Shown here: positions 29,169 through 38,873 of the stretch, in pieces
How the letters are laid out: each line of letters begins with the position of its first letter
Position numbering within the stretch: the stretch's first letter is position 1
Sequence record: MH133207.1
DNA length: 64,000 nucleotides
Source: Acinetobacter phage vB_AbaM_B9
Direction: 5' to 3' (one strand)
The notes under the pieces: model-generated
Databases searched by the model: none
What the model was told of the DNA's origin: nothing
What the model saw: the letters and a program-made list of their open reading frames with translations, nothing else
Made by a program: the position numbers and the translations under genes

Positions 29169-30368
29169 TTGGATGTAAGTAAGTTATTTGATGGTTCTAG
29201 GAAGATTGAAGTCAAAGAGGAAAAACTTGGAGATGATTATTTTTTAATGGAACCACATAACGAGAAACCTAACAGTTGTCCTCACGCTGTCTTTGATGTA
29301 TCTGGATATAATGAAAATGATGTTGTTGCTTTAATTGACGGAGATTGGTTGACATTCTCCGCAACATCAAATGAAATGGAAAGATTTATTACTTGTGAGA
29401 TTGATGGTAAAATTCATGAATTTTCTGGTTATGAGAAGTTAAAGGATTACTTAATTAGTCAAGGAAGACTTGATGAATATAAGGACATTAAAACACAGAA
29501 AGGACAACGTAATAAAGAGTTATATGTTTCTTTAGGTAATGTTAAAAAGAAAGTCTCCTCTATTGTAAAAGACATTGGTGCTAACAAAGTTATCATTGCT
29601 TTAGGAAGCACAGGTAATAAGCGACTTGATTTACCACTACCTAAGTATTATGGAAGGTATAAAGGTAATCGTGATGATGGTTGGATTCCTGAAACATTAC
29701 CAGCATGTAAAGAATGGACAAGAAAGAAATGGAAAACATGGTGGTCTGTTGATAAAGAAACTGATGATGATGTTACTATTATTTTTCACATGTTATTAAA
29801 CAAAGGTGTTAAGGTTTATATTGCTGGTATTGATAAGGATTATAATCAAGAACATTGGGGTGGTTTATATTTAATTGGACATCATAAGCAACCAACTTGG
29901 TACGATAACACAGAAGAAAATGCTTTAGGTTATCTAGAGATTGTTGAACGAGAGGTTAAGGATCGTAAAACAAAGAAAGGGACTGGAAGGTTTACATCTG
30001 ATGTTAAAGGTCATGGTGATATGTTCTTAGCTTACCAAATCCTTTCTGAAGACAAGGCAGATAATTACTCAGGTAAAAGTTTCTTAAAGGAATTTGGAAC
30101 TAAGAAGAAGTTTGGTGATAAAGAAGTTGTTAAATTATTATCTAAGTGTAAATCTAGAAAAGAACTTTGGCAGACTGTTTACAATGTATTTAAAAAGTAT
30201 TTACCAAAAGAATTTGAATATATTGCTTGGAATGATGAAGTAATTAAATCATCTCCTTTACATGCCTGTGACTTGTTTTATAAGTGTGCATGTATGATGA
30301 AGCATCAGGGATTTGAAGCTAATGTAACAGATTTATTTGATGAGTTGGGGGTTGATTATGACACCTGA
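29169..30368 (+). CDS. 5'-3' exonuclease / flap endonuclease (FEN, RNase H-like)
   Basis: ALIDGDWLTF, YKGNR (FEN YKANR motif) and GIDKDYNQ (DKD motif). TTG start after GGAGG. Confidence 0.6.
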   Translation: MDVSKLFDGSRKIEVKEEKLGDDYFLMEPHNEKPNSCPHAVFDVSGYNENDVVALIDGDWLTFSATSNEMERFITCEIDGKIHEFSGYEKLKDYLISQGRLDEYKDIKTQKGQRNKELYVSLGNVKKKVSSIVKDIGANKVIIALGSTGNKRLDLPLPKYYGRYKGNRDDGWIPETLPACKEWTRKKWKTWWSVDKETDDDVTIIFHMLLNKGVKVYIAGIDKDYNQEHWGGLYLIGHHKQPTWYDNTEENALGYLEIVEREVKDRKTKKGTGRFTSDVKGHGDMFLAYQILSEDKADNYSGKSFLKEFGTKKKFGDKEVVKLLSKCKSRKELWQTVYNVFKKYLPKEFEYIAWNDEVIKSSPLHACDLFYKCACMMKHQGFEANVTDLFDELGVDYDT

Positions 30369-30921
30369 TGAGAAAATAGATGAAATAATCGAAAGATACC
30401 CTGAATTCTGGAAAACAAAATCAAGTTACATGTCTTACATTCGTGGGGGTGTAAGACAAGGTTTGTGGAATAGAAACAAGATAAAGCTCTTAAAGATTAA
30501 GAACAATCGTGTACAAATCCCTAATCCAAATCCAAAAGGAAAGAAAGAAACAGTTTGGGGTGGTGAGTGTGAAGTATGCAAAAATCTTTTCCCTACAGCT
30601 TCGTTACAAGTGGATCATATCCGAGATAAAGGAAGCAGCTTAAAGAATTTTTCTGATGTATCTAAATTCATTGAGGATATGATTTTAATCACTGAAGATG
30701 ATTTAAGAATTGTTTGTAAGAATTGTCATGACATTATTAGCCATTCACAGAAGAAGGGTTGTTCTTTTGAAGAAGCAAGAGTTCAAAAAGAATTCATTGA
30801 AATAAAAAAACAGAAGAAAGTGGTTGACAAACTTATTAGCTTGGGTGTAAACTCAATTCCAAAGTTAAAGAAAGATCAAGAATCTATTTTGTTAGAGATG
30901 ATGTTACGAGAAGTTGACTAA
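30358..30921 (+). CDS. HNH endonuclease
   Basis: CEVC...VDHIRDKG...N...CKNCH HNH/zinc motif. ATG at 30358 after GGGGG. Confidence 0.65.
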   Translation: MTPDEKIDEIIERYPEFWKTKSSYMSYIRGGVRQGLWNRNKIKLLKIKNNRVQIPNPNPKGKKETVWGGECEVCKNLFPTASLQVDHIRDKGSSLKNFSDVSKFIEDMILITEDDLRIVCKNCHDIISHSQKKGCSFEEARVQKEFIEIKKQKKVVDKLISLGVNSIPKLKKDQESILLEMMLREVD

Positions 30922-30970
30922 TCTTCATATGAAGATTTGGTTTGTTATTTATAATATTTAGGAGAGAAAA

Positions 30971-31285
30971 ATGATTGATGCTAAATTTTTAGAGCAAAAT
31001 GCAGAAAAGACTTTTGATGAAATTATTGCTAAACCAGATAATCGTAAAGTGTTTGTTGAACAGATTGGTAAATTGGCATCACAGAAAGCCACTATCGCTC
31101 GACAGCAAGAGGTTTTAAAGGATGATGTATCAATCGTAGCTGACGCTTTTAAGCTAAGTAAGACGGAAGTTAATAAGCTTGTAGAAGCTCAATTAAAGGA
31201 TGATATTGAAGGTAGTGTTGAGAAGCTGGAATCGTTGATTGATAAATATCAAATTCTGTTAGGTGAAGCTGAAGACGATGAATAA
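30971..31285 (+). CDS. hypothetical protein
   Basis: 104-aa ORF after AGGAGAG. Confidence 0.4.
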   Translation: MIDAKFLEQNAEKTFDEIIAKPDNRKVFVEQIGKLASQKATIARQQEVLKDDVSIVADAFKLSKTEVNKLVEAQLKDDIEGSVEKLESLIDKYQILLGEAEDDE

Positions 31286-31547
31286 TATTTTGAATGTTAC
31301 GCTTTCTGACTTCTTACCAACAACAGAAGAGCTTGATAAGTTTTATGTTGTGTATAAGAATCAGGAAGACATTCTAAGCGTTGATATTAAGGAGGGAGAT
31401 GAAAGTCTCCTTTCTGAATACGATGCTTGGTTTGAAGATAAAGATTTAGATGCAGAATTACTATTCAACGCTTTATTTATGTCTAAAGTATTTTACGAAG
31501 CAATCAATAATGTAGAGATTGTTGAGAAAGGAGAAGGTGATGACTAA
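31263..31547 (+). CDS. hypothetical acidic protein
   Basis: 94-aa ORF. Confidence 0.35.
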   Translation: MKLKTMNNILNVTLSDFLPTTEELDKFYVVYKNQEDILSVDIKEGDESLLSEYDAWFEDKDLDAELLFNALFMSKVFYEAINNVEIVEKGEGDD

Positions 31548-31755
31548 AAAGATTTATAATTTTAGTGTACCTATTTGTGGTGAAGAAAGTTTTAGTGTAA
31601 TAGCTAGTTCTTATGAAGAAGCTGTAGAAAAGATTAATAGAGAAGAATATTATGTAAAACCAACACTTGATGACATTGATTGGGATTTTGGTTTTAGGTC
31701 TGTCGAAGAAGAGTTACCTCGTTGTTACACTTTAGAAGACTATAATGGAGCGTAA
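31519..31755 (+). CDS. hypothetical protein
   Basis: 78-aa ORF. Confidence 0.35.
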   Translation: MLRKEKVMTKKIYNFSVPICGEESFSVIASSYEEAVEKINREEYYVKPTLDDIDWDFGFRSVEEELPRCYTLEDYNGA

Positions 31756-31758
31756 TCA

Positions 31759-32748
31759 ATGAAGAAGTGGCAACAAACTGCTTTAGAATATAGAAAGCAA
31801 GGATTATCATCTCGTAAGATTTGTGATAAATTAGGATGGAGTCGAACTCGTAAAAGTACGATTAACGACTTCTTCACACGTTATGATCGTGAACAACAAG
31901 CTGTAGATGCATTATTTAAATCATCTCAAGAAGAACCTAGCATTAAGATTCTTTATTTGGATTTAGAATATACATTCTCTTTCTCAGGACATTTCCAGAA
32001 TTGGGGTGTTAATATTTCCCAAGATGCTAAGATTCGTGAGAGTCATTTGTTGTCTTATGCGTATGCTTGGAATAATGGTGAGATTAAAGGTGAAGTGTTA
32101 AAAGCAGAAGCTATCCAAAACGATCTATTACGTTCTATTGTTCAGAATGATGTTAAAACAGAGATTGATTTTGACATGACGTTAAAGCTTTGGCACTTGT
32201 TAGATCAATGCGATATCGTTGTGGCTCACAATGGAAGGGGTTACGACATTAAGCAGTTAAATTCATTGTTCTTAAAATACGGTTTGTGTTTACCTTCTCC
32301 GTATAAAGTTGTTGATACTTTGGCAATTGCTAAGAAGATGTTCAAACTTCCATTTAAGAGTTTGAAATACTTAGCTCAATATTTGAATGTAACACAGAAG
32401 ATTGATAACGGTGGTAATGATTTTTGGCGTTTGGCTTCTATCGGTTATTCAGATGAAGTTTTAAATGAAATGCTCACTTATAACAAAGGTGACATTGAAA
32501 CATTGCGTGAAGTTTATTTGAAATTAAGGATGTATAATAATGATGGGGTTAATGTTGCTGCATTTGATGGTGGTGATGAGGTACGATGTCCTACTTGCTC
32601 TTCTATTGACTTATCTAAGCTAAACAAACAAGCTACGACAACACGACATCAATATGATGTTTACCGTTGTAATTATTGTCAAGCTTTAAGTCGTTCAGCG
32701 AATGTTAAAGGCGAAGCTAAATATTTGGTTCATGTGAATACGAATTAA
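31759..32748 (+). CDS. DEDDy-type 3'-5' exonuclease (DnaQ-like) with N-terminal HTH and C-terminal zinc ribbon
   Basis: Exo I YLDLEY, Exo II VVAHNGRGYD, Exo III YNKGD. C-terminal CPTC...CNYC. Confidence 0.55.
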   Translation: MKKWQQTALEYRKQGLSSRKICDKLGWSRTRKSTINDFFTRYDREQQAVDALFKSSQEEPSIKILYLDLEYTFSFSGHFQNWGVNISQDAKIRESHLLSYAYAWNNGEIKGEVLKAEAIQNDLLRSIVQNDVKTEIDFDMTLKLWHLLDQCDIVVAHNGRGYDIKQLNSLFLKYGLCLPSPYKVVDTLAIAKKMFKLPFKSLKYLAQYLNVTQKIDNGGNDFWRLASIGYSDEVLNEMLTYNKGDIETLREVYLKLRMYNNDGVNVAAFDGGDEVRCPTCSSIDLSKLNKQATTTRHQYDVYRCNYCQALSRSANVKGEAKYLVHVNTN

Positions 32749-32777
32749 CCAAACAGTTTTAAATTTAAAAATATTGA

Positions 32778-32806
32778 TTGACATACTTTTCGGAGTGTGT
32801 CATTAT
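32778..32806 (+). promoter_or_regulatory. sigma70-like promoter (TTGACA-17-CATTAT) directed at the tRNA-like element and HNH gene
   Basis: Read directly. The -10 hexamer is weak. Confidence 0.4.
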
Positions 32807-32818
32807 TTGTTTTATGAA

Positions 32819-32903
32819 GTCGGATGTACCTGCACTATTCTTCTAAAGTAGTACGTAAAAAGCAGGAAGGACGTGAGAGGTTCGATTCCTCCATCCGACG
32901 CCA
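32819..32903 (+). tRNA. tRNA-like element, candidate tRNA-Arg(UCU), non-canonical (no D-arm, long extra arm); possibly a pseudogene
   Basis: Perfect 7-bp acceptor stem GTCGGAT/ATCCGAC with discriminator G and CCA. Canonical T-arm AGAGG-TTCGATT-CCTCC. Anticodon stem-loop CTATT-CU[UCU]AA-AGTAG. Only 9 nt separate the acceptor and anticodon stems, and the extra arm is 24 nt. Confidence 0.45.
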
Positions 32904-32914
32904 ATTGGAGGTTT

Positions 32915-33346
32915 ATGAAGATTAATTTAGAATATCCTTTCACTTATGAATTTAGGGACGGTTATGTTAGAGTTTGTAGTGATGGTAGGAAGCGAATAGA
33001 TTTAGTTAGATATGATGGTACTAGAACAACACTATCGTATTCAAGATATTTAATGGGTACTGTAATTGGATATGAAATTACACCTTCGTATGAGGTAGAT
33101 CATATTGATAGGAATTGTAGTAATGATAATATAGACAATTTACAAATATTATCAGTTAAAGATCATAGAGCAAAGACATCATTAGAAAATTCAACTGGTA
33201 GGACAACAGTTAAGTTGACTTGTCCTGTCTGTGGTTGTGATTTTGAACGTGAAAAAAGACATGTTAGGGTTGATAAACCAAAATGCAGCAGGTCATGCAA
33301 TGCTAAGTATAGCCGAAATAATTCGGGTTGGTTCCCAAAGAAATAG
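32915..33346 (+). CDS. HNH endonuclease immediately downstream of the tRNA-like element
   Basis: EVDHIDRN...NLQILSVKDH and CPVCGC motifs. ATG at 32915 after GGAGG; the track start at 32873 lies inside the tRNA-like element. Confidence 0.6.
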   Translation: MKINLEYPFTYEFRDGYVRVCSDGRKRIDLVRYDGTRTTLSYSRYLMGTVIGYEITPSYEVDHIDRNCSNDNIDNLQILSVKDHRAKTSLENSTGRTTVKLTCPVCGCDFEREKRHVRVDKPKCSRSCNAKYSRNNSGWFPKK

Positions 33347-33368
33347 ATTTTAATATAGGAGAAAGAGA

Positions 33369-34058
33369 GTGACAGAAAAAATTTCAGAGATGACAGAAAC
33401 AAGTAATGTAGAATTAACACCACAACAACAATATAAAAACATTTTAGAAAAAGCACTTCAAGCAGCAATCCTGTTAAACAAGATTATTCGTGGTAAATCT
33501 GTTGAAGAATATTCAGATGAAGAGTTATCTGAAGCAATCTTTACACAATCTAATGTTGTAACCAAAGAAGAAATTATTGAATGGATTTCTAATTATGGTT
33601 TAGATACAGTTGAGGAATTGGATGGTCAAGTAGATGTAATCTATACACTATCATACTTGCATTATTTGATTGAAGAAGCTAAACGCAGAGAATTTGTTGA
33701 AATTAACTATAAACACACCAACTTGATTTTAATGTTAGGTAATGTTGTATTGTCAAATCTGTCTACCGATGATGATGGGTATTATGACACATTAGAGGAA
33801 GCTGTTGATCGAATTATTGAAAACAACATGTCTAAAGTGACAACTGATGTTGAATATTTTAAAACATGGGAATCACCAAAAGGTGAAAAATTAATTCCTA
33901 AGTCAACAGTGGTTGATGGAACACGCTATTATTTGTTGGTTAATGCTGAAGGAAAGTGTCGCAAACCAGATCACTTTGTTAGTGTTGATTTAACAGATTT
34001 AGCAGAACGTTTAGAGAAACAATGGAATGGGGTTGTAAATGGCAAAGAAGAAAACTAA
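33369..34058 (+). CDS. hypothetical acidic protein
   Basis: 229-aa ORF, GTG start after AGGAG. Confidence 0.4.
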   Translation: MTEKISEMTETSNVELTPQQQYKNILEKALQAAILLNKIIRGKSVEEYSDEELSEAIFTQSNVVTKEEIIEWISNYGLDTVEELDGQVDVIYTLSYLHYLIEEAKRREFVEINYKHTNLILMLGNVVLSNLSTDDDGYYDTLEEAVDRIIENNMSKVTTDVEYFKTWESPKGEKLIPKSTVVDGTRYYLLVNAEGKCRKPDHFVSVDLTDLAERLEKQWNGVVNGKEEN

Positions 34059-34467
34059 AGGAAAGCAGAGTGACCACATTCAACATCGTGTTGGTGTTTA
34101 TTGTACAGAATCAGATTTGAAAGATGAAACAGTTGTTTTTCTAGCTGTTCAATGTGGAATATTAACACCAAATGATTATGATATTGTTGATGTTGGTACT
34201 GATGAAAAGCCAGAAAAGAAGATTGTTGTTAAAGAATATTCTGAGAAAGCTATTCAAGCGATCTTAAAAAACCTGTTTGGTTTTAGGGATGGTTGGTATG
34301 AAGTTGAAGTTGTAGAGAAGCAGCGTACAAGGTTTGGTAATAAACTTGTGTACAATGAAAAGCGTTATACAGGTTTAGAGAGGGAAGATAAAGATTGGAC
34401 ATCATCCTCAATGTGTAGTGATGAGATGAAGAGTTGTTTAGTCTTCGGCTCGAAAGGAGAGGTCTAA
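34039..34467 (+). CDS. hypothetical protein
   Basis: 142-aa ORF. Confidence 0.4.
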   Translation: MAKKKTKGKQSDHIQHRVGVYCTESDLKDETVVFLAVQCGILTPNDYDIVDVGTDEKPEKKIVVKEYSEKAIQAILKNLFGFRDGWYEVEVVEKQRTRFGNKLVYNEKRYTGLEREDKDWTSSSMCSDEMKSCLVFGSKGEV

Positions 34468-34727
34468 TGCTTTATTTTGTGGCAACTTACATCTTAATTG
34501 GAATTGTATTAACTACTCTTTTATGTAAATTGGTTGATGATAATATTGATGAGTTTAAAGAATATGTGAATGATGAAGCAAGTTATAATTTTTATGTAAA
34601 TCATAAATGGATTTGCTTCTCAATCTTAGTCTTTGCTTCTCCTTTGTATTATACATATCAATTTACAATTTGGTTTATTAAATATTTATTTGGTTTAACG
34701 TTGAAATTATTTGGTGGTAAGAAGTGA
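34434..34727 (+). CDS. small membrane protein
   Basis: 97 aa, hydrophobic helices. Overlaps both neighbours. Confidence 0.3.
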   Translation: MFSLRLERRGLMLYFVATYILIGIVLTTLLCKLVDDNIDEFKEYVNDEASYNFYVNHKWICFSILVFASPLYYTYQFTIWFIKYLFGLTLKLFGGKK

Positions 34728-36907
34728 AAGTTGTAAAGCGTAGTGGGAAGTCTGAACAATATAACTGCAAGAAAATTAAGAAGGCAATCGCTTTTGCTTG
34801 TGAGGGTCTAAATGTAAACCCATTGAAGTTGGAGGCTAAATTTGATGAGTTCTTGTTTGATGGTGTTACTTCTGAGCAGATTCAACAAAACTTAATTATC
34901 CATGCAAAGAATTTAGCAACACCGACTGACGATGATTGGGTTTTTGTAGCTGGTCGTTTAGCGGTTATGGATTTATGGAACAAGACAAAAGCTTATGAAA
35001 AACCATTTAATCAGTTTATTCATGAGATGGTTGAAAAAGGTGTCTACAAACATCCAGCTTTAGGTGTCTATTCTGATGAAGAAATTATAGAACTTGGAAA
35101 AGAGATTGATAAGTCATATGACTTAAAACACTCAATTTCTTCGTTTAATACTTTTAAAAGCAAATATCTTGTTGAAGGTGAGTGTATTCAATTAGTTCAA
35201 ATGGTTGATGCAATGATCTATGCTTCAGTCGAAAAGACCAAAGAACAACGAATGTATTATGCTAAACGTTGGTATCACATTCTTGCTAACCGTGAACTAT
35301 CAAAGGCAACACCTCATTGGACTGGATTGAGATTTGGTGAAAGTACGGGAAGTTGCTTTGTTTTGGCTGTCGGTGATGATATTGACAGTATTATGGATAA
35401 TGCTAAACGAACTGCAAAGATTTCAAAAGATGGGGGTGGTGTTGGGACATATTGGGGTTATGTTCGAGCTAAAGGTGATATGATTGGTGGAGAATATGGT
35501 TTATCTGGTGGTGTAATTCCGATGATGAAGATATTCAATGAAACTATTGTGGCATTTAATCAGCGTGGTAAACGTAAAGGTGCTATCACATCAGCACTAC
35601 CAATTTGGCATAAGGATGTTGTTGACTTCTTAGATGTTAAAACTGAAGTTGGTGATCTTCGTGGTAAGTTGTTTGACACACAAACACAAATTGTAATTGA
35701 AGATATCTTCATGAATATGAAAGAAAAAGATAATCAACAAATTTGGTACACATTCTCTCCGCATGAAGTTGAGGTTAAGCTTGGATTTAATCTTAATGAT
35801 TATTCTGGAAAAGAATTTGATGAGAAATACCTTGAAGCTGTTAAAGCATATAAGGAAGGTTTAATTAGAGTTGTTGGTGAAATTAAGATTGCTGACTTGT
35901 GGCGTAAGATGATTCAACACATCTTTGAGAAAGGTGTTCCTTATGTAATTTGGGGTACTGAACTTCAGTATCAAAATCCGAACAAACATTGTGGTAAGAT
36001 TCACTCCCTCAATTTATGTGTCGAATCCAGTAGTAACTTTGTAGCAGATCAAGTAGCTCACACCTGTAGCTTGCTATCAATTGTTGTTGGACGTTGTACG
36101 AGTAAAGAAGATGTTATTCAGAAAGCTAGAGATGCAACACGTATTTTAGCTAATAACTTAACATTAACTAAATCTCCTGTAGATATTAGTGGTAAGCATA
36201 TTGATCAATATAGAACCATTGGTGTAGGGATTCAGGGGCTTGTGGATTATCTAGCCAAGAACGACTTGTTATATTCTGACCTTAAAGAGATTCGAGAGTT
36301 GTCGGAATTAATTCAATATGGATGTGTTCTTGAAAGTATGGAACTTGCTAAAGAGCGTGGTGCTTATCCGTTGTTTAAAGGTAGTCGTTGGGATACTGGT
36401 GAACAATTTGAAGCTTATATTGAGAACTCTGTTTCTGATTTAACTGATTGGGTTTGGTTGAGAGATGAAGTTAAGAAGTATGGTGTTTATTGTTCACAGC
36501 ACACATCACCAGCACCTAACACATCCACATCAATCGCTATGGACGCAGCAGCAGGGGTTATGCCTTCATACGCTGAATTCTTCTTTGAAGACAATGTTAT
36601 TGGTAAGTTACCTGTGACATCTATGTATTTAAAAGAAAATCCATTGCTGTATAGTATGACATTTGGTATGTATGATCAGTTAGATTTGGTTGATAGTGTT
36701 TCTGAATTGCAAAAGTATGTTGACACATCAATTAGTGCTGAATATGTTTTAGATCGTAATGTGAGAACAATTACAGCACAAGATATTGCTGACATTTACA
36801 ATAAGGCTTGGAAAAAGAAAACAAAAGCTGTATACTACCTTCGCACTATTAAAGAAGGTGAATCAGTGGTAGATAAATCTTCTGAGTGTAGTGCTTGCGC
36901 TGGTTAA
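34724..36907 (+). CDS. nrdA: ribonucleotide reductase large subunit (class I NrdA-like) with N-terminal ATP-cone
   Basis: ATP-cone VVKRSGKSEQY..KI. Active-site NxCxE (SLNLCVESS). C-terminal Cys pair CSACAG. Confidence 0.85.
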   Translation: MKVVKRSGKSEQYNCKKIKKAIAFACEGLNVNPLKLEAKFDEFLFDGVTSEQIQQNLIIHAKNLATPTDDDWVFVAGRLAVMDLWNKTKAYEKPFNQFIHEMVEKGVYKHPALGVYSDEEIIELGKEIDKSYDLKHSISSFNTFKSKYLVEGECIQLVQMVDAMIYASVEKTKEQRMYYAKRWYHILANRELSKATPHWTGLRFGESTGSCFVLAVGDDIDSIMDNAKRTAKISKDGGGVGTYWGYVRAKGDMIGGEYGLSGGVIPMMKIFNETIVAFNQRGKRKGAITSALPIWHKDVVDFLDVKTEVGDLRGKLFDTQTQIVIEDIFMNMKEKDNQQIWYTFSPHEVEVKLGFNLNDYSGKEFDEKYLEAVKAYKEGLIRVVGEIKIADLWRKMIQHIFEKGVPYVIWGTELQYQNPNKHCGKIHSLNLCVESSSNFVADQVAHTCSLLSIVVGRCTSKEDVIQKARDATRILANNLTLTKSPVDISGKHIDQYRTIGVGIQGLVDYLAKNDLLYSDLKEIRELSELIQYGCVLESMELAKERGAYPLFKGSRWDTGEQFEAYIENSVSDLTDWVWLRDEVKKYGVYCSQHTSPAPNTSTSIAMDAAAGVMPSYAEFFFEDNVIGKLPVTSMYLKENPLLYSMTFGMYDQLDLVDSVSELQKYVDTSISAEYVLDRNVRTITAQDIADIYNKAWKKKTKAVYYLRTIKEGESVVDKSSECSACAG

Positions 36908-36946
36908 TTGTAGAGAGCGAAAGCTCTCTATTTTATTGGAGAGATA

Positions 36947-38005
36947 ATGTTTAGTTTAGATATTAATAGTATTAAGAAAGAATACAGAAATGTGGATTTG
37001 GTTTCTGCACCATTGTTTGATGAAAACGGTAGTGATAGTTTCAAAGACCAAATGATTATTGGAGGTAAACCTTCAGGTATTGTGAATATGAACACAGTTC
37101 GTCATCAATGGGCTGTATCAATTTTCAATAAGATGTGGTCACAATTTTGGCAACCTCAGAATGTAGATATGTCAAAAGATAAAGTTTCAATGGAGCAATT
37201 AACTAAACATGAAGTTAATGCACATTATGATACGATATCATTCTTGGCATTCATGGATAGTTTCCAGATTAACAACCTACCAAACATTTATGAGTATATT
37301 ACATCTCCTATGGTAAAGAGTTGTGGCAGTGTACAAGAAGCATTTGAGACTATGCATACACAAGCATATCAGTACAGTATTGAAGCAACAGTACCAGCAA
37401 ATATGCGTGATGCTATCTATGATCGATGGAAGGAGAATGCACAATTAAAACATCGCATTCAAACTATGACTACGATTGCAGAGAACTTTAAAAATAACCC
37501 AACACTTGAGAATTTCTATATTCTTATTGTTATGAATTATGTTCTTGAGGGTTTTTATTTTTATCAAGGTTTTAATTATTATGATCAATTAGCACATCGT
37601 GGTAAATTAATTGGTACGTCTAAACAGATTGATTACATTAGACGAGATGAACTATCACACATGGGTATTTTTATCAACATGATTAAAGAGATTGGGGTTG
37701 ATCATAAGTTGATTAAGGCGGTGTTTCAGTGGGCATTCAACGAAGAAGTTGCTTGGAATCATAAGACATATGGTGATAATATTTTAGGTATGTCTAAGAA
37801 GTCACAAACACAATATGCTAAATGGTTGGTGAATGAGCGTCTTGGTCGATTAGGTGTTGATCCTTTGTTTGAGAGTGTCGATAATCCGTATTTACATTTA
37901 GAGCAGACCTCAGTTGAAGGTAGTGTTCGTGAGAACTTCTTCGAGACTACTGTTACATCATATGATACTGCGGGTAGTGTTGATGGTTGGGATAATTTAA
38001 AATAA
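36947..38005 (+). CDS. nrdB: ribonucleotide reductase small subunit (NrdB-like)
   Basis: Di-iron/tyrosyl-radical family pattern (EGFYFYQGFNYY, E/H ligand spacing). Adjacent to nrdA. Confidence 0.8.
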   Translation: MFSLDINSIKKEYRNVDLVSAPLFDENGSDSFKDQMIIGGKPSGIVNMNTVRHQWAVSIFNKMWSQFWQPQNVDMSKDKVSMEQLTKHEVNAHYDTISFLAFMDSFQINNLPNIYEYITSPMVKSCGSVQEAFETMHTQAYQYSIEATVPANMRDAIYDRWKENAQLKHRIQTMTTIAENFKNNPTLENFYILIVMNYVLEGFYFYQGFNYYDQLAHRGKLIGTSKQIDYIRRDELSHMGIFINMIKEIGVDHKLIKAVFQWAFNEEVAWNHKTYGDNILGMSKKSQTQYAKWLVNERLGRLGVDPLFESVDNPYLHLEQTSVEGSVRENFFETTVTSYDTAGSVDGWDNLK

Positions 38006-38014
38006 GGAGATAAA

Positions 38015-38236
38015 ATGATCGTTATTTATGGTAAGCAAGGTTGTGGTGCTTGTGAGCAAGCTAAACAATTGTGTAATGTGAAAGGTGTTGAATATGAATA
38101 TTTAATGCTGGGTAATGACTACCAATTAAAAACCATTATTGATATTGGTGGAGGTAAACATAAGACCTTCCCAATGATTACTAAGGATGGTGAATATGTT
38201 GGTGGTCTTACTGAATTAAAAGAAATTCTAAAATAA
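38015..38236 (+). CDS. glutaredoxin/NrdH-like redoxin
   Basis: 73 aa, N-terminal IVIYGKQGCGACEQAK thioredoxin-fold CxxC motif. Follows nrdAB. Confidence 0.6.
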   Translation: MIVIYGKQGCGACEQAKQLCNVKGVEYEYLMLGNDYQLKTIIDIGGGKHKTFPMITKDGEYVGGLTELKEILK

Positions 38237-38240
38237 TTTT

Positions 38241-38278
38241 AACGGAATGTTGACTTAGGTGTTGACATTCCGTTTTTT
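38241..38278 (+). terminator. rho-independent terminator
   Basis: 10-bp stem AACGGAATGT/ACATTCCGTT followed by TTTTTT. Confidence 0.75.
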
Positions 38279-38430
38279 ATTGTCTAAAATTCAATTATCA
38301 AAACACATATTAAGGAATGTTTTAGATGTTATCATTTTACATTATTGTTTCAACTTTACTACTTGGTTTTACTGGAGCTTCATGGAGTCAAGTAGGTTAT
38401 TTAAATGTGTTAATTAAATTAACTTTACTA

Positions 38431-38459
38431 TTGACATGTTTTATTGGAGTGTGTATTAT
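38431..38459 (+). promoter_or_regulatory. sigma70-like promoter TTGACA-17-TATTAT
   Basis: Read directly. It lies inside the ORF-track ORF 38444.., so the real start is downstream. Confidence 0.5.
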
Positions 38460-38494
38460 GCTTCATAACTTTAATTTATCTTGGAGAGTTTAAC

Positions 38495-38713
38495 ATGAAG
38501 ATTGGTGAATTCGAGGTAAAAGAAAATACATTTAGTATTGGAAACAATCATGTTATTGTGTATGATGACGGTAAGATTGGTGTAGTTGCTAAAGGTGTTC
38601 ATTGTTTTGTTCATGACTTCGCAACATTAGAAAATATTTTATATCTTGTTCGTAGCTATCACGAAAAAGAAGTTCAGGAAAATTTTAGGAATTGGATTCA
38701 TGAAGTTAAATAA
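38495..38713 (+). CDS. hypothetical protein
   Basis: ATG at 38495 after GGAGAG, downstream of the promoter. Confidence 0.4.
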   Translation: MKIGEFEVKENTFSIGNNHVIVYDDGKIGVVAKGVHCFVHDFATLENILYLVRSYHEKEVQENFRNWIHEVK

Positions 38714-38873
38714 TATTTTACTAAGTCGAAACAAAGAAACTTTCTATGATGAAGAAGTTTCTAAAAAGAAGTTTAAGAAGTTATCAAAAGAGTTTCGTAA
38801 GAATCGTAAAAACAAACACGATGTATTTCGATTAAACACAGAACACACACTTGAGGATTTTTATTATGAGTGA
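38646..38873 (+). CDS. hypothetical basic protein
   Basis: 75-aa Lys-rich ORF. Confidence 0.3.
   Translation: MFVAITKKKFRKILGIGFMKLNNILLSRNKETFYDEEVSKKKFKKLSKEFRKNRKNKHDVFRLNTEHTLEDFYYE

Noticed and set aside
32819-32903. tRNA-like element as a lysogeny attP site
   Set aside because: No integrase, excisionase or repressor genes are recognisable in 64 kb, and gene content looks like a virulent phage. Kept as a low-probability alternative inside the finding.
34724-38005. Group I introns or inteins in nrdA, nrdB or the DNA polymerase
   Set aside because: All three ORFs are uninterrupted with conserved motifs in order and normal lengths. The only split gene found is thyX.
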